Below, piece by piece: positions 35,923 through 48,162 of a DNA stretch of 64,000 bases (the first letter of the stretch is position 1; every line of letters begins with the position of its first letter). Made by a program: the position numbers and the translations under genes. Source of the DNA: Convolutriloba macropyga (lineage: Eukaryota); NCBI RefSeq assembly GCF_964194025.1, contig NC_134476.1:23808001-23872000 (forward strand), written 5' to 3'. Under the pieces are notes generated by a model. It searched no databases. It was not told where the DNA came from and saw only the letters and a program-made list of their open reading frames with translations.

Positions 35923-37570
35923 GGCTTTTTTCTTTTGGTTTTTCGTTCACGTGTGGGTATATAACTTTAATGTTTATTTTTTCCATTTTTGTTTTTTGTA
36001 AATTGTTTTTTGTAAAAGAAATTTCTTTGAAATGTAGTTATGGACTTGTCCTGGTTTGTTTTTAACTTTGTTTTACTTTGTTTGAGTCACGATTTGACAT
36101 TTGATTTTTAGTAGTAAGTTAACAGCTCGTAATCACAATGTATATATTTTTTTAAATTGTTTGGGAACTTCAAAATTTTTTTAGAAGTGTTGTTTTTTTT
36201 CTTGAATGAGTTTTCGGCAATTGATAAGCAATCAACAAAGATTGCTGACAGACAGCCGACAAATAATTGTCAATATTGATCTGATAATTGCTAGTGTTTG
36301 TTGTACTTATTGCTGTCTTATCACTTAATATCATTGATGGCAGGTCTCAACGGTGGTCATTGAGGACTCAAATAATTGATGTAATTATATCCTTCAGTAG
36401 CTGTTTTATTCTGTAACTTGTACTAAGCGTTTTTAAGTTTCAGCGAGTTTTATGGCGATTTTTGTTTTATTTTGTCTTATCAGTGAGAGGAATCATCAAC
36501 ATTTAATTGCCGGTTGCTGATGAGAAATAGAGCAATGTAGTTGGCAGTTTGAGTTCATAGTAGTTGTTTTTTGAATTTTATCCTGTCTTTTCAAAAAACA
36601 ATAAAGTTGATTTTTTTGTCTTGCCTGTTTTTTTTTTTCTGGTGTTTTTTATTGCTTGATCTCAGTAATAACAGTTCTCATTTGCCTTTTGCTGCGGATT
36701 TAATGATTGTCAGTTCATAAATTTATACATTTCTTTGAATTGTATTTAAGGACTTGTCCTGCTATGTTTTTTTAATTCGTCGTCCCCATCGATGATTCTT
36801 ACGACCTGACTTCTTAAATTTTAATTTTTCAATGAATTCAGTGACTTCTACTGCTCTGCAGTTAAAATTTGTGTGCTTGACGTCATTTCTACTTTAAGAT
36901 CAATTGCGTGATTTAACTCACTCAAAAAACCACTACTGAACTCACTTATGGAACTTTAAAATTTATGAACATTTACTAGTTAAATATCAATAGTGTGCAT
37001 TTATTTAGTGCCAAACTTATATGCCCTAATTCTTGAGTATTATTCTGTGATTTTGATTTCGAATATTAATTTTGAAGAAGCTTTTTAGGGCTTTTTCCTT
37101 ATAGACCGTCATTGTGTCATTCATTATGTCCATATAGACCATCCATATGTCCTTAAAATGACAGTCCGAATCATCTAACCCAAAAAGTCTAGTGGTCTAT
37201 TAAAGGCTTTTTCTTTTGGTTTTTTGTTCACGTGTGGCTATATAACTTTAATGTTTACTTTTTCCTTTTTTGTTTTTTGTAAATCGTTTTTTGTAAACGA
37301 AATTTCTTTGAAATGTAGTTCTGGACTTGTCCTCGTTTGCTTTTAATTTTGTTTTACTTCAGTAACGATTTGACGTTTGGTTTTTTAGTAGTAAGTTAAC
37401 AGCTCGTGATGACATTGATATTTTTTACATTAAATTGTTTGGGAACTTCAATAGTTTTTTAGAAGTGTTGTTTTTTTCTTAAATGAGTTTTTAGCAAATG
37501 ATAACCAATCAACAAAGATTGCTGACAGACAGCCGACAAATAATTGTCAATATTGATCAGATAATTGCTA
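35923..37570 (+). repeat. Local duplication X-Y-X' (X 35923-36293, X' 37205-37570; Y 36291-37206 recurs at 38819-39702)
   Basis: Direct alignment by eye of near-identical blocks. Confidence 0.85.
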
Positions 37571-38022
37571 TCATCTCATAATTTAGACCTAATCTAACTG
37601 GTGAAAGATTAAATTTTTTATTGACTGTCGTTTTTATGACTTTCGTTCCACAGTAGACTGAGTAGAATTGATGTTATCTCTTTATGATTTTTTTGGCGCA
37701 TAACTGGTGGACATTATCTTTGGAATAGATGGAACGCAATCACCGTCAGTAGTGATGTTGTAAAGGAGTAATGACTTTCAAATAACTCAAAGTTTTGTTC
37801 TAAAATTTTTTTTCGAGCACACAGATATTTTCTATTAATATTAAGTAAATTCGCTGTTGAAGTGAGGTTCGGCTGCATGGAACAATTATTAAACAGAATC
37901 TAGTCAACTAGTTTTCAAATGTGACCTCCAAGAGTTTATGATTTTTGCTAGTGTAGCAATGACAAAATTCTGTATTGCATCCTCTATTAATGTAGTCACT
38001 CATTTTGAAGTCAAATTGTGTT

Positions 38023-39855
38023 TAATAGCCGCGAAGCGATAGCGGCTATTATTCGGGACATCGTGGTTTTTTACAATTTGAGCAATTTGAATTGTATTGT
38101 TGCGCTGCCTTTTTTTAAAAATCTGTTCACGCTTTTTTCGGCTTTTTCACGTCAGTGAGCAGACAAATTAGAGTGGTGATTTTGGTCACACTGAAATAGT
38201 AAAGGGAGCGAAAAATTGAGTAGGTTTGAGCCGTGAATTTGTCTCAAAATACCTTTAAAGTGGAGTGAGAAATTGGTGTTTGTTCAATTTGGCGGTTTTT
38301 GAGATTTTTTTCAGGTGCGTCATGTTGGATTTTTTTCAGTTTTTTCTGTTTTCAGAGTTTCTCAATTCATTAAGGGACAGCTAAATTTTTATATGACTTT
38401 GCCACTATTTGTTGTCATAAAATATTAGCGAGTTTTAGATGTTGTCCCCTTTTTTTAAATTCTTCTGTCTTATCACTTAGTACCATCAATGACAGGTCTG
38501 GTTGGTTGATAATGAGGCATAAAAGAACCTAATTAATGGCTCGATTTAATAGCTAGTGGTTTTCATGACTTTGACACTACTTTTTCTCAAAATTTTGAGT
38601 GAATTTTTCAGTTTTGAAGTATTTATCGTACTTTTCCATTGGGGACAGGTCTCTGATGCCGCTATGGGGTTAAGTTAATCGATTCATTCGTTTATGTTTA
38701 AAGCTAGTGCTTTCTATGACTTTCACACTAATTGCTTTGAATATTAATCAAATAGCTATTGCTTTTTGTGACTTTACTCTTTTTCGTTTTTAAAAAATCA
38801 GTGATTTTTTTAGTTTTCCTAGTGTTTGTTGTACTTATTGCTGTCCTATCACTTAATCTCATTGATGACAGGTCGCAACGGTGGTCATTGAGGACTCAAA
38901 TAATTGATGTAATTTTATCCTTCAGTAGCTGTTTTGTTCTGTAACTTATACTAAGCGTTTCTAAAAAGTTTCAGCGATTTTTATGGCGATTTTTGTTTTA
39001 TTTTGTCTTATCAGTGAGAGGAATCATCAACATTTAATTGCCGGTTGCTGATGAGAAATAGAGCAATGTAGTTGGCAGTTTGAGTTCATAGTAGTTGTTT
39101 TTTGAATTTTATCCTGTCTTTTCAAAAAACAATAAAGTTGATTTTTTTGTCTTGCCTGTTTTTGATTTTCTGGTGTTGTTTTATTGCTTGATCTCAGTAA
39201 TAACAGCTCTCATTTGCCTTTTGCTGCGGATTTAATTATTGTCAGTTCATAAATTTATACATTTCTTTGAATTGTATTTCAGGACTTGTCCTGCTATGTT
39301 TTTTTAATTCGTCGTCCCCATCGATGATTCTTACGACCTGACTTCTTAGATTTTAATTTTTCAATGAATTCAGTGACTTCTACTGCTCTGCAGTTAAAAT
39401 TTGTGTGCTTGACGTCATTTCTACTTTAAGGTCAATTGCGTGATTTAAGTCACTCAAAAAAACCACTACTGAACTCACTTATGGAACTTTAAAATTTATG
39501 AACATTTACTATTTAAATATCAATAGTGTGCATTTAATTAGTGCCAAACTTATATGCCCTAATTCTTGAGTATTAGTCTGTGATTTTGATTTCAAATATT
39601 AATTTTGAAAGCTTTTTAGAGCTTTTTCCTTATAGACCGCATGTGTCATTAAAATGACAGTCCAAATCATCTAACCCCAAAAGTCTAGTGGTCTCTTAAA
39701 GGACTGGTGGTTGATCTGTCAGTTTTTTTAGGTGTTTCAATTGTAGTGGTCTGTTAAGGGGCCGGTGGTCGATCTGTCTATCTTATTTCTCTGGTTGTTT
39801 CAATTCATGAAAGGCCACAATCGTGGCTATTTTACAGCAATCTGCTGGCTATGTT
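38023..39855 (+). mobile_element. HINE-like element, family 2B
   Basis: 5' TAATAGCCGC-GAAGCGATA-GCGGCTATTA hairpin; 3' GTGGCTATTTTA-CAGCA-ATC-TGCTG-GCTATGTT. Confidence 0.75.
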
Positions 39856-40048
39856 AGCTAATTGCTCCACGTGCTAACTTTTAGCAAGTTAATATGAAAG
39901 TGCTAGATCTAGAATTATGTCCAAATTTAATTACAATAATCTGTTCGATGTGAAAGTATTTTTAAAATTAATTGAATTCGAAGTACTTATACATCTAAGG
40001 GCCTGATAATTGTTGGTATGGCAGCTGTTTCGATTGATTACAAAATAT

Positions 40049-43000
40049 AACATACGGAGGCATGGTAATGTGCTTTTGTACATAATGTTCCCACCCCGCT
40101 CATCAACATTTTTGAATTAATAGTCTTTCAAATGCGGAAGAGATAGAAACCCTTCAAAAAACTTTTCGAAATTAAGCGATGGATGATTAAATATTGCCCT
40201 AATGTCAAACCATCAAGCGAAGTAAGAATTCACGCTCAAAAGGGCCAATGATATATGCCATGGAAGAGACTGCGAGACAAGCAAACATTAATAACGACCA
40301 CAGCTCAATGTCTAATTTTTCAACACGTAACAGTCAAAATAGTATCACATCCAACCTAAATTAACCAAATTAACTTGTACTTCAATGAAATAGATAGGCG
40401 AAAAAATACTAGGTAGCAGGTAATCAAAGAAAACTGAAAATGGCATACTTAAAAAAGTTTTTTTTGAAAAAAATACGTTTCAGAAACTTCAAAAGAAGTA
40501 GCTATCGACTGGAATTGTTAATTAAGTTAATTTATAACGCCATAGGGAGCCATTGAGACCTTTCGTTATCGAGAATATGTTTTAGACTACAAAAAGTACG
40601 AAAACATTGGAATGTTTGCTAAAAATCAGTGTCCATGGCAATAAAATTGTAAGCTATTAACTGATGAGAAATTACATGTTTGAATGGGTCTTTGTTAAAC
40701 GCCGATGGGACTTACCTTCCTTGTGTTATTGTCAAAAGACACTAAGAACAGAAAATCTTTTGTTTAATATAAAAGAGCTTTTTTGATTGACATTTGAATG
40801 GTATTTTTTACCAGAAAAGCAAGCTGTCACTAATGCGCTAGGAAGCAATTGAGTCTTATGATTGTCCTGGTGTTATCAAACAACTATCAAAAAACGACAA
40901 TTATATGCAAAATTAAAACAATTAAGTTTGCTAGAAATCGATATCGAAGGCAATAAAACCATAATCCGTTCACAAAGAAAATTACATAATGTGCCCCTTC
41001 TTTTAATGCCATTTTCGATTACCTGCCATTAATGTAATTGTCAAAAAGAAGCTCAATATGAGACAATGACCAAAAACAAAAAGAATGAAAACTGAAATCC
41101 AATAAAAATAAACCTGACTCACTCGATAGAAAATACAACCCTTCGGCTGAGACAAAGCTACCTTCAGCTAACCGAATAAAACAAATGAAAGCAAAAAAAA
41201 AATCTGGCAAAAGCTCAAATATGAAATGATACTTGAAAACAAGTACTTTGAAAAGAAAAATACAATAAGCTGTCAACTAAAAACAGTAGATAGGTTAACT
41301 TATAGTTTCATAGGACGCAAAGTTAACTGTCACCAGTGAGACCAAGACATAATTACAAAAGAAGAACTAATAGAGAACAATAAAAATTCAAAAACAATTT
41401 CACGCAAACTGTTGAATTCAAAAAAACCATCAGCTTTTAACTGAAAAATACGTTCAATTGGCCTCATTGTTACGTGAATAGAATATGTCAATAATTGACA
41501 AATCCTTTTGAATTTATTCCGTTAGAACACAACATAGACGAAACAAAAAGGCGAAATTTGAGCTCCCTAATTTTGAACTAATTTTAAAAAACCGCACGAT
41601 TGGACTATAATTAGCATTGAATACTGCTGATCAATTTTAAGAAATGCAATATTCCAACTGTTAGCGAGAAATGTAATTTGAAAATAAAGTCGATCAATGA
41701 AAAAAGTTGGATTTAGCATAACAAAAAAGATTTATTAGAGTGAACCGCACAGTTTTCAATTCCAGAACACTCATAGGAATTGGAGGTAAAACTAAACCTC
41801 TTTGGAATGCTTGAAGGTTGTTTCATAAGGGTTTAGCTTTGTTCTTCCGGCAGATATAAATAAAATATTCTTTAGAAACATAATTGGTGCATTCTCGATA
41901 AAAGAAGGCTGAATTGTGAAAAAGTTAGCATAATTGTTAGCCAAAATTGCAGATGAAGCGCTTCGGCAACACTTATTCCTTGAAAATAGAAATTTAGCTA
42001 GCTGAAAGTTCATCGCAAAGCCTTTTAATATGGACCTTTTTACATGTTGTCTGTCATTAAATTAAGTCAAATTAAACTAGAACAAAAGTCATTTTATGGA
42101 GTGAGGTAATTACTTATGGTCAGAATCTAAATAAGAAAGGGAGAAATAACGTCAAGCCTGCAAACGCCTTTAATTACAGGAAGAAGTCTTTCTGAACTTT
42201 TTACTTTTGAGCGTTGCTGTGAATAATCGTAAAGCGATTAAACAGCGTCAAACGGCGAAACAAAGAAACAGCAAGACTTCATGACTTGTTCGAATACAAT
42301 CCTAAAAATTCATTTGATTTAGCCTGAAATTAATAATGTCCAGGAACATCAATTTTAGACAGTCCACAAAGCCCATGACTCTATATGCGCAAAATTGAAC
42401 CAGAAAATTCGAAAACTAAAATAAAGTCTTTGATCTAAGATTTAGTGGTTCAGGAAGTGCTAACAACAACTGTGAAAAAATTGACTTCCTATCGTTAGAA
42501 CTGCCTAACAATGGAAGCAAAAACTTGAAAGTTGCAAAAGCCAGAATATCTATAAAAACCAGCGGCGCCAAACTTATCACAAGATGTCAGCAGTCATAAA
42601 AAACTTTTACTAGTTCTGACGGCTGGAGAAGAGACAATGGAAATACAAATGAAGAGAAGTTTCACAAATGCACTTGAACATTTTGAAAATAAACGTTATC
42701 TCAGTCGATAAACATGTCAAATGAAAATTAGAGCCAATGAATTCAGCACAAATATGCCGTATAACAAGGCCAACAAAAATTTTTGCTCTCGTGGCTAAGC
42801 AATAAGACCACAAAAAAACATTCAAGGCCAAAAAAATTTCATTTTTTTTTTAAATTTAAATTATGATAACGACCACTATGAACTCCGGTGACTAATTAGG
42901 TTAGTTTCTCTATTCATCTTAAGCAAACAATGAAAACCCTCATTAATCAGAATAGGGGATGAGACAGCAATAAGTTGAAGAAAAACTAGCAAAATTCAAC

Positions 43001-44256
43001 AGTTCACTAAAAATCTTTGAAAACGAACACCATATGTCATAGAAAGAACTACCTATGAACTGAAGCAATAATTCAGAAAATTGAGGCAGCCTTAGCAAGA
43101 ATTGAGGCTCGTAATTAACGGGACTAGGCAAATAGACAACAAATAGAACAATAAAACCGATAAATTCAAAAATTCAATTTCAAAACGTGTCAAATTCATA
43201 GAGAGCATTAGCTTCGAATTGAAACAATTCAACTAATTAATATGACCAATATTTTAAAACATATGAGATTTGTCTGATAAAATCAAATGTTGAGACAAAA
43301 AATACTGGTAAATTTCAAAACTTTGAAAAAGTTTTTGAACAAATAGTGTCAAGTCAAGAAAATGACTAGCAAATAACTCAAACCAATATTTATGGGCTTT
43401 TTGCCTCAATAGCAACCCTTGAGATCTGTCATTTTTGATGCTAAGTGATCAGACTGCTGAAATATCAAAAAATTGCGACAAAAATCAAAATTTAACTAAT
43501 ATTTTATGACAGTGTCGAAGTAATAAAAAGCATTCGCTAAACGTTTATAATTTGACTAAATTGCATATAGGTGCGAATAAAGCTCAAATATATCACATTA
43601 ATAGCACTCAATAGTAGAAAGGCTGAAAGCAGAAGTGAAATTGCATTGCTTGAATAACAATTTTGCTTTCAGAAACCGAAAACTTGTTCAGATAACTTTT
43701 TGACTCCACTGTGAAGTTTCTTGAAAAGGTTTTGCTTCAAACCTACTCGCTCTCCCTCTGTCCGAACTTCTTCAGCCTGATTAAAATCACCACTCTAATT
43801 TGACTTTGCAATGAGCTGAAAAATTGGAATAAAGTGAACAGATCTTTAGAAAAAGAGCGCTCGTCAATACAATCCAAATACTCTGGGCTGTGAGAAACCA
43901 CGAACACCGCTAAATAGCTACGCTCAGCTTACAGCTTCGCAGCTATAAGCGAAAACACTTTTTGCTAACAATTTTGTCATATTTTTAAGCAAAACAGAAA
44001 AATTGAGCGAAAATACGGAAAATGTGAACAAAAGAACTGAAATCAGTCAAATGTTCACAAAACAAACCTTAATAATTCCGTGTGGAAAAACTAAATTCAA
44101 AAAAATCTTTTTATTGCTATATTCTACGCTGGAAGGACGTTCTAATGATGCCACTCACAACCCTCTTCGATGAATTTATTGATGGATCAAAATTGACTGA
44201 ACAAAAAAAAACAAAAGTAAATAGTTCTCCACCACTAAAATTTGTCGGAACAATAA
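40049..44256 (-). mobile_element. Old HINE-like element, family 1, with a nested family-2A element (about 41843-43948, minus)
   Basis: Degenerate termini ATGTTCCCACCCCGCTCATC (40085) and GTCGGAACAATAA (44244), plus the family-1 core ATTCTACGCTGGA...TCTAATGATGCCA. Nested 5' end TAGCTACGCTCAGCTTACAGCTTCGCAGCTATAA (43915-43948) and half hairpin CCGGCAGAT (41847). Confidence 0.65.
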
Positions 44257-44517
44257 AATGGGTTAGAACATTTTTAAAATTTAAGTTCTGCTGCGACGTT
44301 GACATTTTTTCTTGTGATACTTTTCTTAGCGATTGACCGTAATTCTCACGTCGTCTTTTTATTAATTGATCTTTCTAAATTAAAAGCAGCTGAACTCTAG
44401 TTTACTGCTAAAAATCTGGTCAAAAGTTGGCAGAAATTTGTGCTTTTTCAGTTTTTAAGAAGCATTGTATTTGTCTATAACTTTTATGAACGTCGTTTGA
44501 AACCCCTTGTTTAATAG

Positions 44518-44751
44518 CTACGATGTGAAACCATTAAAAACTAACACAATAAGCAGAGGTCTAATGTACACGCGTATATGATTGTGGTGTCCGATTCCAT
44601 ATGCGAGTAATTGATGGTTTGTATCAATTGACAGTTGAATTGCTCGTACTGCTCTATTAAAAGATCCAAGTTCACTTGTGTAGTTGGTCCACTTGAACGT
44701 ATTTTTGATCAACTGTGTAGTAAGTTCATTAAGAGTATCAATGCTGCTCAC
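44518..44751 (-). mobile_element. Possible decayed LINE ORF2 fragment (post-RT region)
   Basis: FKWTNYT...RAVRAIQL...YIRPLL resembles the L(K/S)W...Y..IRP.L pattern downstream of LINE RT. Confidence 0.35.
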
Positions 44752-45914
44752 TTGTATGACTAATTTTCTAAGTAGTGAACATTTTCAAAATAACTCAATG
44801 AAAGCAGATGTCATTTTTGCAGTTCTGTTGCTCATTGTTTATTGAAACACGCAAGCTCGAATTTTAAAATGCAGAACGTCTGAAGTACCAGAACTTAAAA
44901 TATCAGAAACTCTTATATACATAGTCAGAAGTTTGCTTATATGAAATTTCGTCATTTTCAGAATGCCAAGTTGCGTGTTTTAAGCATGTTTCAAATACGT
45001 ACGTGCAAGTTCCAAGTTTTTGCAATCCCAGAACTTGACCTCATGTACTTTTGGTATGCATGTTACTATGCACATATTTTTGGTATACATGCAAGTTGCG
45101 TATTTTAAGCAAGGTTACAGTGCTCTGAAGAAGTCACTTCGAAATTCGTGTCTAATCGCTACGGGGTTCTCAGTAAATGCCAATAATTCTTAGGGACTTC
45201 AAGCATTGAAACGAAACCTATATACTTATCACCTCCAATTGAGCTTACATACGTTGCATAACTTATCGGTGAAGTGATTTGTTAACGCTAGATGAATATT
45301 AAGAGAATTCTCAAAACAGTAGAGGAACAGTGATTTTATGGTTAGAGTATGAAGATCCGTCAGCATTCTCACCACTTGCTATATAGCTATGAAGAGTGAG
45401 GGAACTGCATGGTATATTTATTGATACAGTAGCACAAGTCATGCCGCCATTTGCTCGACCTGCATAACTTCTCCATGGTGATAACAACCGGGTGGTAATA
45501 ATGATTTTTTATCGGCGATAATGTTATCGCGAACTAATAGATGTGTTAAATAACTTAGAGATAGTAATCTTCCGCTCATGTTCTTATTGAACTCGAAGTG
45601 TTATTGGTGCTTGGTTGAAGGTGATCAACTTCCCGAAGGTGATTAAAAACCATGGGGGTAAAGAATGTTCTTCATTCGTGCTTTTAAATCGTAAATGGTG
45701 ATTTTTTGGTAAATAAAGTTACCAGTACCTTTATTATCAAAATAATTCAGACTTTTGTGATGGAGTTTGGCTATGCCTCGTTGTGTGCTTTTTTATTGCA
45801 GTTTGGAAAACTTTCAATGTACGAGAAACTGAGCTCGTTGCTGAACAAATAATAATGCAAAGGTAAAAAGGACTTAGAGAGGGAACGAATCCATTTCATT
45901 TCTTCAGACACATT

Positions 45915-47213
45915 ATGGCAGCTGGCGAAGATGAAAGTTTCGATAGTTTACTAGAATGCGTGATATGCACAGACATACTTGAAGATCCACGTGTTTTACC
46001 CTGTGGCCATTCCTACTGTGGACCTCACAGGACTTGCCTCCAAGCTTTAAAACAGGGACCCGCTGGTTTCAAATGTGCAATCTGTGGATGTTTTTTCAAC
46101 CAGAAAGTTGAGTCTCTCAAACCTTTGTATGGTTTGCGAGACTTCATCAAGCGGCAAGCTAGTAAAATTACACCTGAAAAAGTGAAACCAAACGTCCTAA
46201 AGGTTACCTGTGATTGTAGAAAAGTCAAAAAGGCTCCCGCATCTTTTTGGTGTCATTCATGTTTGACTGCAATATGTAACGAATGTCTCGTTTCGAAACA
46301 TAAAGACCACGAGTTTGCGATATTTGATGCGAGATCACAATCGATAATGCGATCTCAAGTCTGGTTTCTGGAAAAACAACGGGAAAGTTTGCGAAATGCT
46401 CTTACTGATAATTTTGACAAAGTTCAAGGTCGATTTGAAAAAGCGGAATCTGAGTTCCGAAAAATGCTGGAACTTGAAAAAGAAGTTGACGCAATCGAAC
46501 AGAAGTTAAATGAACTTGAGACATCGTTTGTTGATGGCAAATCAACCGCTAATAATGAAACCGTAAACTGGTTGTACAGTTTCGAAGTACCCAAGTTTGT
46601 TTTTTCAACCGGAAGCAACGATACTGGTTCTCAAACCGATGCATCAACCGTGCAATCCAGTAGACCGGAAACAAGTCCGTCTCTGAATCCTTTTAACCCC
46701 CTCAACTATCTGTATCAATCGACCAGTCAAATTCCAAATTTGAGTTCCTTGTTATCTCATGACGCAGAAAATTCCGACAGTCCCAAAAGCATGACAATAT
46801 TTCTTCCTTTCCGATATCAAGGGAACTCAAACATTCAGTGGTCCAATTACGTTTCGATAGACGAAGCAGTTTTGAAAATTGGCATCGAGCGAGATTTGAA
46901 CATGCTAAAAATGCATATGGATGTCGTCCAAATTGAATCTCCTGTTAAAGTCAGTGTATTTGTAAAGAAACAAAAAGGCCGAGACTTTTGGGTATGGAAA
47001 CTGTTCAAAATTGGCGTTGCGATGTACCACAGAACTACGAAGTTACCCTGGGGTCACCTTAAAAGGTCATTTGGTCAGCTCAATGAAGTTGTCCAGATTA
47101 AAGTGGATATCGTTCCGGCTGTTAGACCAAGAAGAGTTTCTATTGACTCGGATGGGGGTGTATCTGATTTTAACTCGTATGTGTATGGCGTGTGTGAAAC
47201 AGATTCAGATTGA
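45915..47213 (+). CDS. TRIM/RBCC-like E3 ubiquitin ligase (RING, B-box, coiled coil, beta-rich C-terminal domain), 432 aa, single coding exon
   Basis: RING CVIC..DPRVLPCGHSYC..C..CAIC; B-box FWCHSCLTAICNECLVSKHKDH; heptad-rich region at about aa 145-205. Confidence 0.88.
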   Translation: MAAGEDESFDSLLECVICTDILEDPRVLPCGHSYCGPHRTCLQALKQGPAGFKCAICGCFFNQKVESLKPLYGLRDFIKRQASKITPEKVKPNVLKVTCDCRKVKKAPASFWCHSCLTAICNECLVSKHKDHEFAIFDARSQSIMRSQVWFLEKQRESLRNALTDNFDKVQGRFEKAESEFRKMLELEKEVDAIEQKLNELETSFVDGKSTANNETVNWLYSFEVPKFVFSTGSNDTGSQTDASTVQSSRPETSPSLNPFNPLNYLYQSTSQIPNLSSLLSHDAENSDSPKSMTIFLPFRYQGNSNIQWSNYVSIDEAVLKIGIERDLNMLKMHMDVVQIESPVKVSVFVKKQKGRDFWVWKLFKIGVAMYHRTTKLPWGHLKRSFGQLNEVVQIKVDIVPAVRPRRVSIDSDGGVSDFNSYVYGVCETDSD

Positions 47214-48100
47214 TTTGTTTCTTAGAGTTAATTGTAGTTGCATCAAAAATCGTTTAATTCGATGTTAATTAATTATTGAAATTACGATGTGTATAGATAA
47301 GCGCGCAATTATTTGTATCAAGTTGCTTATTCAATCATTTTTGTTCTGGACGCGCTTCAAATCTGTAAAAAACCTTTTTGTTTGGGTACTGTTTTTTATC
47401 CGATTTCGAATTGAGGATAAAGTGTGCTAGCTCATAAAGCCCACAGTTTTTTTTTGCTCCGGCCTCATTTAATAAAGGAAAAATTTGTTGCTAACCTGAC
47501 TTCTTTCCGCCTTTTTTGACCTCCGATAATATATTTTTTTGGAGAAAGACATGAGTGTTGTTATTTAAGACCCTCGAGAGTAGTTTATTCAGAACGAAAT
47601 CAGCGTTCTCCTGATAAAATAAAGAAATAACGAAATTAATGATAGTATCTGACTGCAAACGACAAATATAATTATGGATTTCTTCATTAGTTAAATGGCT
47701 TCCAGCATATTAATGGGAAATCTCTTTTTGTGAAATCAATGAATTGGTTTTTATTTGTGTGGCATTTCTCATTTTTTCCTAACTTTCTTATTGTATTTTT
47801 TGTTTTGTTTTTTTCCCCAATTTTAAAAGGTGGTAATTGTTCTGTAATGTTGTATGGTTTCGAATATTGAAGGATATATATTTAAAAGTTTTGATAACAC
47901 TTTTTTCTGAAATTTAAATTGGGGAGAATCACAACTGAAAATAAACCGAAAATTTAATCCATAGTTGTTACCATTGTTGTTAATAATTCGATTCATACTA
48001 TCATTGAATCATTGTAGATTCTATGCGTTATATATTATGCTTACTTGAATGTATCAAAGTGTTCTGAGCTTTTTTAAATTTTGTTTAGCTGATTTTTGGC

Positions 48101-48162
48101 GAAATTGTGTGAAGGGCAATCGTGTGAAGGGAAATCATGCGTGGGAAATGGTGTGAGGGGCG
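48101..48162 (+). repeat. Four degenerate 15-bp tandem repeats (GAAATCGTGTGAAGG)
   Basis: gaaattgtgtgaagg gcaatcgtgtgaagg gaaatcatgcgtgg gaaatggtgtgaggg. Confidence 0.7.
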
